The notes beneath the pieces are model-generated. The model was not told the origin of the DNA and did no database searches. It saw only the letters and a program-made list of their open reading frames with translations. From Abditibacteriaceae bacterium (lineage in GTDB: Bacteria > Armatimonadota > Abditibacteriia > Abditibacteriales > Abditibacteriaceae), in assembly GCA_031425655.1 (NCBI GenBank), contig JANPJS010000135.1, forward strand, positions 1 to 18,331: DNA of 18,331 nucleotides. Direction: 5' to 3'. A program made the position numbers and the translations under genes. Positions 1 through 7,618 of the stretch are shown here, one piece after another (within the stretch, counting starts at the first letter, position 1; every line of letters begins with the position of its first letter).

Positions 1-105
1 TACAATGAAGAGCGTCCCCATTCGAGTTTGGGCTATCAAACACCCGCCGAGTTTCGGCAGGCCTTCCTAAACGCCCAAGCCGAGTCAGACAAAGAAAAAG
101 ACTAA
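1..105 (+). CDS. IS3-family transposase, C-terminal end (partial, runs off the window start)
   Basis: Frame 1 reads YNEERPHSSLGYQTPAEFRQAFLNAQAESDKEKD*. YNxxRPHSSLGYxTPxEF is the typical IS3-family integrase-core C-terminus. Confidence 0.9.
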   Translation, partial: YNEERPHSSLGYQTPAEFRQAFLNAQAESDKEKD

Positions 106-139
106 CCTTAAAACTGGATCAGAATTTGGGGGCAGGTCA
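1..139 (+). mobile_element. Right end of an IS3-family insertion sequence
   Basis: The transposase stop at 105 is followed by ACTGGATCAGAATTTGGGGGCAGGTCA, ending in the IS3-type terminal CA at 139. The left IR is outside the window. Confidence 0.8.
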
Positions 140-341
140 ACCAGTGCTCATTGCAGACTCGTTTCAAAGCTTCGTGCAGGCGCTGGAGCAAGTTCAATTG
201 CTGTCAAACGAACGTCAGAATCCAACTGAGTTAGAGAAGAACCCACTATCAAAGGGAGAAACTACAACTCTGTTAAAGAGTATCAGGCAAAGTAACCCCA
301 AGGCATCAATGGATTTTTGGAGAACTTGGCTCACTAACTAA
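140..341 (+). pseudogene. 3' remnant of a gene interrupted by IS3, possibly SMI1/KNR4 (SUKH)-like
   Basis: An open frame starts right at the IS3 end (PVLIADSFQSFVQAL...DFWRTWLTN*). The ORF-track start at 126 lies inside the IS IR. IADSFxxF resembles SUKH C-terminal segments, which is a weak assignment. Confidence 0.45.
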
Positions 342-593
342 CTCCGGCCTCACTCGTGGCCTTGTTAGCAGCAGCAGTTGAAAAATTGCACACAGCATTA
401 CATCGCAAATATGCGCTTTTGGGCCATGCTAACCTCCACAGAAGAGGAATGGAGTTATGTAGCGAAAAAGCTAACACGGATGGGAAACGCCTGCAAAAGT
501 GAGCCGATTCCATTCTCCATATGTGTCAACAATCATCTGAACAGCTTTGCTCTATGGAGAGTATGAAACGCTGAGCATTTTTCTCAAAATCTG

Positions 594-1390
594 GGTAATG
601 TCTCAAAAGTGATGATAGATGAGAAGTGAGCCTCGGACAGGTTAATCTTCAGGTGTGCAATCTGAAACAACCTGTCCGCGGTGTGGCTGCTGCCACACTG
701 TAAAGAATGGCAAAACGCGCCAACTCAAGCAACGTTATCGCTGTCAACACTGTGGACGACAGTTCTTAGCCTTGTTCAGCTACAGCTATCGAGCCTGCAT
801 GAAGATTTACCGAACTCTCATTGTGCCTATGACCCTGCGCAGTAGCGGAGTGCGTGATATTGCTGAGGTTTTGAAAATCAGCACCAATATCGTCCTCGCC
901 CAACTCCGCAACGCTGGTGCTCACGTGCCAGAACCCACGTGCCAGAACCCACGCCTCCGCCGAGTATCGAGGAACTTGAAATGGATGCGGGCGCCCTCTG
1001 GGCAGCATGGTCGTTTGTCGCTCGAAAAAACTACAATGCTGGTTGTGGCTGGCACGAAACCGACGCACCGGACACATTGCTGCCTTTGAACTGGGACGGC
1101 GCACCGATCACAGTTGCCGGCGCTTATGTCAGAAGTTGAAATCCGTTCGAGTCGGCTCTTTTTTCACCGACGATCGGCAAAGCTACCGCAAATGTCTTGA
1201 TCCGCAGCGTCATCAGATCGGGAAAAGTGGCACCCAGGGCATCGAACGCTGCAACCTCAACTTTCGCACCCACCTCAAACGACTCCAGCGGCGAACCATC
1301 TGTTTTTCCCGTTCACCAGAACTCCATGAGGCGGTCATCAAGCTCTACGTTCACAAACCCAATGCCTATCCTCACTTTTGAAACATGACC
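594..1390 (+). mobile_element. IS1-family element, full length, disrupted
   Basis: Left IR GGTAATGTCTCAAAAGTGATGATAG (594-618) versus the reverse complement of the right end GGTCATGTTTCAAAAGTGAGGATAG (1366-1390), 22/25 identical. Encloses InsA- and InsB-like frames. No target duplication seen. Confidence 0.9.
655..1381 (+). pseudogene. IS1-family transposase (InsA Zn-ribbon/HTH plus InsB DDE), frameshifted
   Basis: CPRCG...KNG...QRYRCQHCGRQF, an HTH (GVRDIAEVLKIS), then ELEMD..WSFV, FTDD and IERCNLNFRTHLKRLQRRTICFSRS. The frame is broken by a 14-bp tandem duplication (922-949). An A6C run sits at 1025-1031. Confidence 0.88.
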
Positions 1391-1484
1391 GGCAAACCTT
1401 CGTATAGTCGGTGATGGTGCCCTGATAAATCTGGCCTGTCGCGCAGTGGGCGCACGCTCTCGTTTCAACCTGCTTTACTGTCAT
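1391..1484 (-). pseudogene. Small CxxC-containing gene, 5' part, truncated by IS1
   Basis: On the minus strand an AGGAG SD precedes ATG at 1484, giving MTVKQVETRACAHCATGQIYQGTITDYTKVC before the frame runs into the IS1 right IR. It is divergent from the XRE gene. Confidence 0.5.
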
Positions 1485-1514
1485 CGGAATCGTTCTCCTA
1501 AAGGGGATTTCACG

Positions 1515-1551
1515 AAGGGCGCGCGAACTTTCTCAGGGTGGGCGCGCCCTT
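1515..1551. terminator. GC-rich hairpin (possible terminator or attenuator)
   Basis: AAGGGCGCGC (1515-1524) and GCGCGCCCTT (1542-1551) form a 10-bp perfect stem with a 17-nt loop and a short T tail. Confidence 0.4.
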
Positions 1552-1565
1552 TCGTTTGCGCGCTG

Positions 1566-1685
1566 AGTGTCTAAAGAAACACTCATTCTTCTATTATTCT
1601 ATGTTTAAATAGACACTGCAAGGGCAAATTGAAATAGATTTTTCTCTCGTTGTTGAGTGTTTATATAGGTGCTAAAATAGACACT
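1566..1685 (+). promoter_or_regulatory. Divergent control region: four related 18-bp operator-like palindromes and a sigma70-type promoter
   Basis: AGTGTCTAAAGAAACACT (1566), TATGTTTAAATAGACACT (1600), AGTGTTTATATAGGTGCT (1656) and GGTGCTAAAATAGACACT (1668). TTGTTG-N17-TAAAAT with a TGn extension spans 1650-1678. Confidence 0.6.
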
Positions 1686-1895
1686 ATGACCAACGAAGAG
1701 GCAACCATAACAAAAAGCCCAGTTAAAGAGATTCGGGAAAAATTGGGCTTGCGTCAGGTGGATATGGCAGAACGTTTAGGATGCTCGCTCAGCAGTGAGC
1801 GGCGCTTTGAATATGACGGCTCTATACCGACCGTTGCCGCAGTCCTAAAGAATTTTCAAAAGCTGGCAAAACAAGCTGGCGTGACCATCGAATGA
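1686..1895 (+). CDS. XRE/Cro-family helix-turn-helix transcriptional regulator
   Basis: VKEIREKLGLRQVDMAERLGCSLSSERRFEYDG is an HTH_3-type pattern. ATG 1686 is preferred over TTG 1650, which overlaps the promoter. Confidence 0.85.
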   Translation: MTNEEATITKSPVKEIREKLGLRQVDMAERLGCSLSSERRFEYDGSIPTVAAVLKNFQKLAKQAGVTIE

Positions 1896-1966
1896 GCGCG
1901 CACCACAACTACGGCTACACCGACGACAGCGCGCCGTGCGGCGCATCGTGCGCCAGAGGTAAAACC

Positions 1967-2219
1967 ATGACCTTAACTCTCCCCCTTGCCCCCGAAATCG
2001 AAGCGGTGCTGACTGAAAAAGCCTGGCGCGTCGGGGAAGCGTTACCGATCTATGCGGTGCGCGTGCTGGCGCGTGAGGCTGAGGCGCCGGAGATAAAAGA
2101 CGACGATGCGTTGTTTGCAGAGTTGGATGCCTTAGCAGGGCAATTCCCGACGAACGCGGCGCCGCTGGCCGATGATGCCGTTGCGCCTTTATGCCGAGCG
2201 AGAGGTCGCGTCCTTGTGA
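1967..2219 (+). pseudogene. Putative type II antitoxin, frameshifted near its 3' end
   Basis: GAGGT SD then MTLTLPLAPEIEAVLTEKA... with an acidic C-terminus. The +1 frame ends LYAEREVASL*, and that TGA overlaps the toxin GTG (GTGA, 2216-2219). Confidence 0.6.
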
Positions 2220-2704
2220 AGGCGCCCGGCACGCCGGTTTACCTGCTCGATGCCAACGTGTTGCTTCGTCTGGCGCAGTCCGCGCACCCGCAACACGTCA
2301 CGGCGCGCACCGCGTTGCACGTCCTGCGAAACAGCAGCGCGCAGCTCGTGACAGCGCCGCAAAGCCTCTATGAATTCTGGGCGGTGGCGACAAGGCCAGC
2401 CATAGCGTGCGGCGGGCTGGGAATGCCGGGGCCGGGCGCCTTAGCCTATGTGAATCTCTTCACCGGCATTTCCCGCCATTGGGTGAGGTGCCGGTCTATA
2501 CACAGTGGAGGCGCCTCACACAGTGGAGGCGCCTCGTGACCAACTACGGCGTGGTCGGCCTGAACACTCACGACGCACGGTTAACGGCCTGTGCGCTGGC
2601 TCACGGCGTCACGCATTGTGCTGACGTTCAACAAGAAGGATTTCAACCGCTACACGCCAGAAGGCATTACAGTAGTAGAACCGGCCAGCATAACCGCACA
2701 ATGA
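2216..2704 (+). pseudogene. vapC: PIN-domain (VapC-family) toxin with two frameshifts and an 18-bp duplication
   Basis: Across three frames: YLLDANVLLR ... PQSLYEFWAVATRP ... GGLG / WRRLVTNYGVVGLNTHDARLTACALAHGVTH / VLTFNKKDFNRY. Shifts occur near 2470 and 2615. Confidence 0.85.
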
Positions 2705-2722
2705 GCAGAGGACACAACAAAT

Positions 2723-2782
2723 CGGACTTTCAAAATTCTAAATACTTGGACTTTTGAGTATCTGAAATTTCAAAAACACAAA
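2723..2782 (+). repeat. Phased degenerate 8-bp repeat array upstream of parA (centromere/operator-like)
   Basis: CGGACTTT CAAAATTC TAAATACT TGGACTTT TGAGTATC TGAAATTT CAAAAACA, running up to the parA ATG. Confidence 0.7.
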
Positions 2783-3406
2783 ATGATAATTACGATTGCG
2801 GCCTTTAAAGGTGGAGTGGGGAAAACCACAACGGCGGTGCATATGGCGACTTATCTGCAACAAAAAGCACCAACGCTTCTTATTGATGGTGACCCAAACC
2901 GCAGCGCAACAGGATGGGCCAAACGCGGCAACGGTAACCATGCCCTACCCTTTCGCGTCGTTGACGAACGCCAAGCGGCGCGCTACGTTCGCGATTACGA
3001 ACACGTTGTCATTGATACTCAAGCGAGGCCGTCGCGCGAAGATTTGGAGGCGTTAAGCGATGGATGCGACTTGCTAATTTTGCCCTCCACACCGGACGCT
3101 TTGGCACTTGATGCTTTGTTACAAACCGTGGACGAATTGCAGGCGCTAAAAGCCGACCGCTACCGAATCCTTCTGACCATGATTCCACCGAAGCCAAGCC
3201 GCGACGGGGAAGAAGCGAACAATACTTTGCAGGACGCAGGGCTGCCACTATTCTCCACCATGATCCGCCGATTGGTAGCTTTCCAAAAAGCTGCGCTCGC
3301 GGGACTACCTGTCAATGCGGTGGCCGATCCACGCGCCGCTATAGGCTGGGATGAGTATTGCCGTGTCGGTCAGGAGATAGAGCAGAGGGGGAAACCGAGT
3401 GAGTAA
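2783..3406 (+). CDS. parA: ParA/ParF-type plasmid partition ATPase (short type Ib, no N-terminal HTH)
   Basis: Deviant Walker A KGGVGKTT at the N-terminus, A' LIDGDPN and Walker B VVIDT; 207 aa. Confidence 0.95.
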   Translation: MIITIAAFKGGVGKTTTAVHMATYLQQKAPTLLIDGDPNRSATGWAKRGNGNHALPFRVVDERQAARYVRDYEHVVIDTQARPSREDLEALSDGCDLLILPSTPDALALDALLQTVDELQALKADRYRILLTMIPPKPSRDGEEANNTLQDAGLPLFSTMIRRLVAFQKAALAGLPVNAVADPRAAIGWDEYCRVGQEIEQRGKPSE

Positions 3407-3686
3407 ATTTTCCGCAGTGTTGGCAGCTAAACGCGAGACGCAAGATTATCAGGTGCCAGACGGGAAAGCACCCACAGACACCTCGTTAGCAGGCGACGGA
3501 CGCAGGCGTGGCAGGCCCAATGCGAAGCGCAGCGACCCCATGTTTGTGCAAACGACTGCCTACATTCGCAAAGAGACTCTACGCGAAACAAAAAGGGCGC
3601 TTTTGGAGTTGGAAGACGAAAACAAACGCGACTTCTCAGAACTGGTGGAGGAATTACTTTCGACGTGGCTGAAAGAAAAACGTTAG
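3399..3686 (+). CDS. Small partition adaptor / centromere-binding protein (ParG-like, probable ribbon-helix-helix)
   Basis: Overlaps the parA stop; 95 aa. A flexible N-terminus (MSKF...) is followed by QTTAYIRKETLRETKRALL...DFSELVEELLSTWL, a strand-helix-helix pattern. Confidence 0.75.
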   Translation: MSKFSAVLAAKRETQDYQVPDGKAPTDTSLAGDGRRRGRPNAKRSDPMFVQTTAYIRKETLRETKRALLELEDENKRDFSELVEELLSTWLKEKR

Positions 3687-3771
3687 ATATTTGAAATTTT
3701 AGATATTCACATTTTTGAATATCTAAAATTATGGGTATTCAGTTATTCAGACATTTAAGTATCTGAAATTA
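3684..3771 (+). repeat. Second phased 8-bp repeat array, 11 units (parS/parH-like)
   Basis: TAGATATT TGAAATTT TAGATATT CACATTTT TGAATATC TAAAATTA TGGGTATT CAGTTATT CAGACATT TAAGTATC TGAAATTA. It shares AGTATCTGAAATT with the upstream array. Confidence 0.75.
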
Positions 3772-3785
3772 ACTGGGAGAGAATC

Positions 3786-4937
3786 GTGTTGAACATGAGC
3801 GAATCGAAGCAGGAGCCAACCAGAAAACGCAAACAGCGGGAAGAATACGGTATTTCAACTTCGCAGGAAGCTGACGCCATCATGCGGGCGGCCAGTGACG
3901 GCAAGAGTGGGCGTCATTGGGAAACCCTTCTTGGTGCCGATGCACGTATTCACCAAGCGCCGGGCGCATCACATTATGTTCGTCTTGTCCTAACGGATGG
4001 AGAACGACAGATGGGTGTGCCAGTAGATGCACTGGAATCCGCTACGCTGCGTTGCGATGCCGACGACGATTTCATGCTGCTTTACATTTCGCGGCTCTTG
4101 ACGCCAGCGCAGCCCCTTGCGCCGGGGACATTACCGTATGCTACGGTGCAGCTTGACGATGTTATAAAAGCGATTGGCTGGTATCCGCAGAACACCCGAC
4201 AGCGGGGCGATATGCGCGAAAGGGTTTGGCAGTTCATTAAGTTCGTATCCCGCGCCCATATCGTCGGGCAACGCACTTATAAGCAACGTGACTCCTTGAC
4301 AGGTGAGGAACTGGATACTTATATGGATTCGCCACCGTGGATGCTGGGCGGCAGGCAGCGCGAAGAAGTGCCACAGCCGTCATTGTTCGACGATGACAAG
4401 GCTCCGCTCAGTATCGAAATCACGGCAACTCCGATGTGGACAAGACTTACTGCCTTACCTGACACGGCACAATTTCTACCGCTTGGCGAAGTGTTGGGTA
4501 TCATTCCCGGTGGTAAACCCGCTGGTGCTTGGGCGCGTGTCATCGGTCTGGCACTTTCTAACTTTTGGAGACGCCATCCCCGCGAGTCTATGAGCGGCAC
4601 CCTAAAGCCAACCCGTCGGGAATTATTGGAACGCTACACGCCTGCGACTGGCAGTGTTATCGAGTTCCTGAGTAGCCCAAACGCATCGCGCGCCGTGCAG
4701 TATTGGGCTGGTGCATTACGTATCCTCGTGGAGTGTGATTTCGTAGCAGATACGGGAGAAGCCGCTATCCCTTACGAGCAACAGCGCGATACTCTGCCGC
4801 TACGTGGCTGGCAAGAAGACTGGTTGAATGGCTGTGTCGAATTGCAACCGGGCACTGCAATTATTGAAGTGATCAAAGAACGAGCGAAGGCGTTGCCTAT
4901 CCCTACCGTAAGCACAAGGCGAAAAAGAAAACTGTGA
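3786..4937 (+). CDS. Hypothetical protein, putative plasmid replication initiator
   Basis: Intact 383-aa ORF with a GGGAGA SD and no motif I recognise. The function is inferred from its position between the par locus and the iterons/helicase/primase. The start could be ATG 3795. Confidence 0.6.
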   Translation: MLNMSESKQEPTRKRKQREEYGISTSQEADAIMRAASDGKSGRHWETLLGADARIHQAPGASHYVRLVLTDGERQMGVPVDALESATLRCDADDDFMLLYISRLLTPAQPLAPGTLPYATVQLDDVIKAIGWYPQNTRQRGDMRERVWQFIKFVSRAHIVGQRTYKQRDSLTGEELDTYMDSPPWMLGGRQREEVPQPSLFDDDKAPLSIEITATPMWTRLTALPDTAQFLPLGEVLGIIPGGKPAGAWARVIGLALSNFWRRHPRESMSGTLKPTRRELLERYTPATGSVIEFLSSPNASRAVQYWAGALRILVECDFVADTGEAAIPYEQQRDTLPLRGWQEDWLNGCVELQPGTAIIEVIKERAKALPIPTVSTRRKRKL

Positions 4938-5040
4938 GATAAAGATAAAGAACTGTGAGTTCGACGTAAAAAACTGTGAGATAGACATAAAGAACTGTGA
5001 GTTGATGAGTTCAAATGCTCTCCCAATAAACAATAACAAT
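4930..5040 (+). repeat. Iteron array and AT-rich patch (putative replication origin)
   Basis: AACTGTGAG occurs at 4930, 4951, 4972 and 4993, an exact 21-bp period, followed by CAATAAACAATAACAAT near 5024-5040. Confidence 0.8.
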
Positions 5041-5162
5041 GGCGCCGTTCGCTGCTGACGCCGCGCGGCGTATGTTGTCCCGCTCCGCGAACCAGACCAC
5101 GACGGAGCACTCCGCAGTGCCGCACGCATTGGAAGAGATTAAAAGAGAAAGGTAATTTAGCC

Positions 5163-6113
5163 ATGAACAACCCGGTCAGCGAACACGCGCGCAACGGCTA
5201 CAACGCAGACGAACCCTACACGCCGAACACTAATGGTAGCGTCCCACACGCCGAGCCGAAAGCGCAAGCCACACTCATGCGCTTTGCCGACGCGCTCGAC
5301 GGGGCCGTTGCCGATGCCGCCGCCGCCCACGAAGCGCGATTGACCGGCAAGCCGCGCGGCCCGGTGACCAACTTCCCCAAGCTCGACAAAGAACTGGGTG
5401 GCGCCTTCGCCCCCGGCGTTCATGCCATCCACGGCGACCCCGGCGCCGGAAAAACTTCCTTCGCCTTGCAAGTGGCTACGACCTGCCAGTTTCCGGCGCT
5501 TTTCGTGACGGCGGAGATGGCTCCGGCAGAATTGCTTCGCCGACAAGCGGCGCGTGTCACCTCCACTTATTTAGGCCGCTTCAAGTCTGGGGAAATGCCC
5601 CCGGCAGAAGTTCGCGGGCTTTTGCTGCGCGGCATCGAAGCGGCGCCGCAATTCGCCTTGCTGGATGCCACGCGCGAACCGGCCAGCCCGCTGTTCATTC
5701 GGGACTGCGCTGCGATTATCAAGGGCAATGCGCCCAATCTCCTGATCGTGATTGATTCGCTGCACAGTTGGGCCGAAGGCAACGCCAATGGCAATGAATA
5801 TGAAGTCCTAAACGAAGCGATTGCGGCTTTGCGACGTTTGTCTTCGTTGCTGGACTGTCCCGTGGTTTACATCGCTGAGCGCAACCGGCTGAGCATGGGT
5901 AAGGACGGCCAATCGTCGGGCGCGGGATCGCGCAAAATCGAATACGGTGCGGAAACGGTCATCAGTCTGAACCGCGCTGCCGATGCCAGACCAGACGTTA
6001 GCGGCAACGTCCCAGTCATGCTGAAACTTCCCAAGAACCGTCATGGTGTGCCGGGCGTTGAAGTGCGCTTGAGTTTCAATGGCGCGCTGCAACGCTTCAG
6101 CGAAGACCATTAG
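5163..6113 (+). CDS. DnaB-like (SF4) helicase, C-terminal ATPase domain only
   Basis: TNFPKLDKELGG, Walker A GDPGAGKT, H1a FVTAEM, Walker B LIVIDSL, GSRKIEYGAE and H4 KNRHG. SD AAAGGT. Confidence 0.9.
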   Translation: MNNPVSEHARNGYNADEPYTPNTNGSVPHAEPKAQATLMRFADALDGAVADAAAAHEARLTGKPRGPVTNFPKLDKELGGAFAPGVHAIHGDPGAGKTSFALQVATTCQFPALFVTAEMAPAELLRRQAARVTSTYLGRFKSGEMPPAEVRGLLLRGIEAAPQFALLDATREPASPLFIRDCAAIIKGNAPNLLIVIDSLHSWAEGNANGNEYEVLNEAIAALRRLSSLLDCPVVYIAERNRLSMGKDGQSSGAGSRKIEYGAETVISLNRAADARPDVSGNVPVMLKLPKNRHGVPGVEVRLSFNGALQRFSEDH

Positions 6114-6131
6114 AAAACCACTAAAGGGGCT

Positions 6132-7226
6132 GTGGTGGACAGTTCAGGCAAATCCTTATCGCTGGCCGACCTTGAAGCCTACGACGGCCAGTCCGCCGGG
6201 CGCGGCGTGGAACGGCGCTTCCTGTGCCCGTATTGCGGTGATGCCAAGCCTCGCAACAGCGCGCACCGTAGCATGGCGGCCAACATGGACACGGGCGCCT
6301 ATAACTGCCACCGCTGCAAAGTCAAAGGCAAGCTCAGCGAGTGGTGGACAGACCGTCCGTTGACCTCGCCGCGCACGGCACAGAGCGCCCGCTTGCGCCG
6401 CGCCTTTGCGGTTGAGCCGATAGCTTCGCCAACCTCCACCGATTCGGATTGGCGCAAACGGCTCGAAAACCTCATCCCGCTGGATAGTCCGGAGGCGCAG
6501 GTCGGAGCAAAATATCTGGCCGGGCGTGGCATTTCTGTGGAAATCGCCGCGTTATCCGGCGCACAGTTTTGCCGTTCTTGGTATGGTGATCCGGCGATTG
6601 TTTTTCCGCTTTACGATGAAGCAGGCGCGCTGACAGCGGGGCAGGGTAGGGCGATCTTCAACGATAAGAAGCTGATTGCCGGGCCAAAGTCCAACGGCGT
6701 CTTCACCGCGCACGCCAGAGCCGAGAATGGCGATGTTCAGCACGCCATAGACGGCCAGCAGCGCGTGATGGTGACGGAAGCACCCATAGATGCCTTGAGC
6801 CTCGCTTGCTGCGGCTTCCCCGCCGTGGCACTGTGCGGCACATCGTTTCCGGCGTGGTTTCACCGCAAGTGCGGTTTGCGCCGTGTCATGCTGGCCACCG
6901 ATGCGGATGAAGCCGGTGATGCGGCGGCGGTGACACTGGCGGCGATGTTGGCGCGTTACGGCGCTAAGTGCGAACGCTTGCGTCCTATTGGAGCTAAAGA
7001 CTGGAATGCAATGCTACTGGCCTCTGGATTGAGGACGCTGCGTGATTACATTGAGGCGTGTGTCCTGCCTCCACCGCTTCCCGTGCCGAACACGGCGCGC
7101 ACGGCCTATGATGCGCGCTATGCCATTGAATTTGCGTTGGGCGACGAACGACTGCTGCCGGATCAGCGCGCTCGTCTTTTGGATATTGCCCACCAGTTGA
7201 TAGAAGCGAACCGGGTGAAGGCATGA
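6132..7226 (+). CDS. Zinc-finger plus TOPRIM DNA primase-like protein
   Basis: CPYC...H...YNCHRC zinc-binding motif, YLAGRGIS, IVFPLYD, and TOPRIM TEAPIDALS, LATDADEAG and KDWN. Confidence 0.88.
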   Translation: MVDSSGKSLSLADLEAYDGQSAGRGVERRFLCPYCGDAKPRNSAHRSMAANMDTGAYNCHRCKVKGKLSEWWTDRPLTSPRTAQSARLRRAFAVEPIASPTSTDSDWRKRLENLIPLDSPEAQVGAKYLAGRGISVEIAALSGAQFCRSWYGDPAIVFPLYDEAGALTAGQGRAIFNDKKLIAGPKSNGVFTAHARAENGDVQHAIDGQQRVMVTEAPIDALSLACCGFPAVALCGTSFPAWFHRKCGLRRVMLATDADEAGDAAAVTLAAMLARYGAKCERLRPIGAKDWNAMLLASGLRTLRDYIEACVLPPPLPVPNTARTAYDARYAIEFALGDERLLPDQRARLLDIAHQLIEANRVKA

Positions 7227-7297
7227 TATACACCACGAAGTAATCGTTACGGGCGTTCAACCGCCGGGCTATGTAGAAATTGAAAACGAGGCACAAA

Positions 7298-7618
7298 ATG
7301 AATCAAGTCCCGATCAACTGAGCAACAGAGGGCAAGACGCCAGAATCGCCGGAATCGCTGGCGGCCAAACCGAACGGCCAGATGCAACTCAGCCCGTTCG
7401 CGCAGATGATTCTGCGCGATACGAAGGAAATACAGCCGAAGCTGGTCAAGGCGCTGCTGAGAAGTAACGAATTATTGCCGCGCCTGATGGAGTTGGACAA
7501 GGCGGCAGCCCCGTATTATCTGGCGCTGGTGGGAGCGGGAGTGGACACACATGAAGCCCTCAAGCTGACGGCGCAAAATTACCGACTGGGCAAACCAGCA
7601 ACAGACTCGGTGCTTTGA
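7298..7618 (+). pseudogene. Hypothetical protein with a probable premature stop at codon 8 (or a 78-aa CDS from 7382)
   Basis: GAGG SD and ATG 7298 (MNQVPIN*), TGA at 7319-7321, then the same frame stays open through the 7382..7618 ORF. Confidence 0.45.

Noticed and set aside
331..370. Integron attC site (CTAAC ... GTTAGC after a stop codon)
   Set aside because: It spans about 36 bp, below the usual attC minimum, has no clear L boxes, and no integron integrase is present.
378..566. 62-aa ORF
   Set aside because: It has a TTG start, no SD and no motif, so it cannot be supported.
1892..2539. Single 215-aa CDS from the ORF track
   Set aside because: It is better explained as a frameshift chimera of an antitoxin and a PIN toxin.
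4930..5001. CRISPR array
   Set aside because: The period is only 21 bp with a 9-bp core, there are no unique 30-40-bp spacers, and no cas genes are present. It fits iterons.
1686..7226. Prophage
   Set aside because: The regulator, helicase and primase are phage-compatible, but the window has no integrase, terminase, capsid, tail or lysis genes. The par locus and iterons favour a plasmid.
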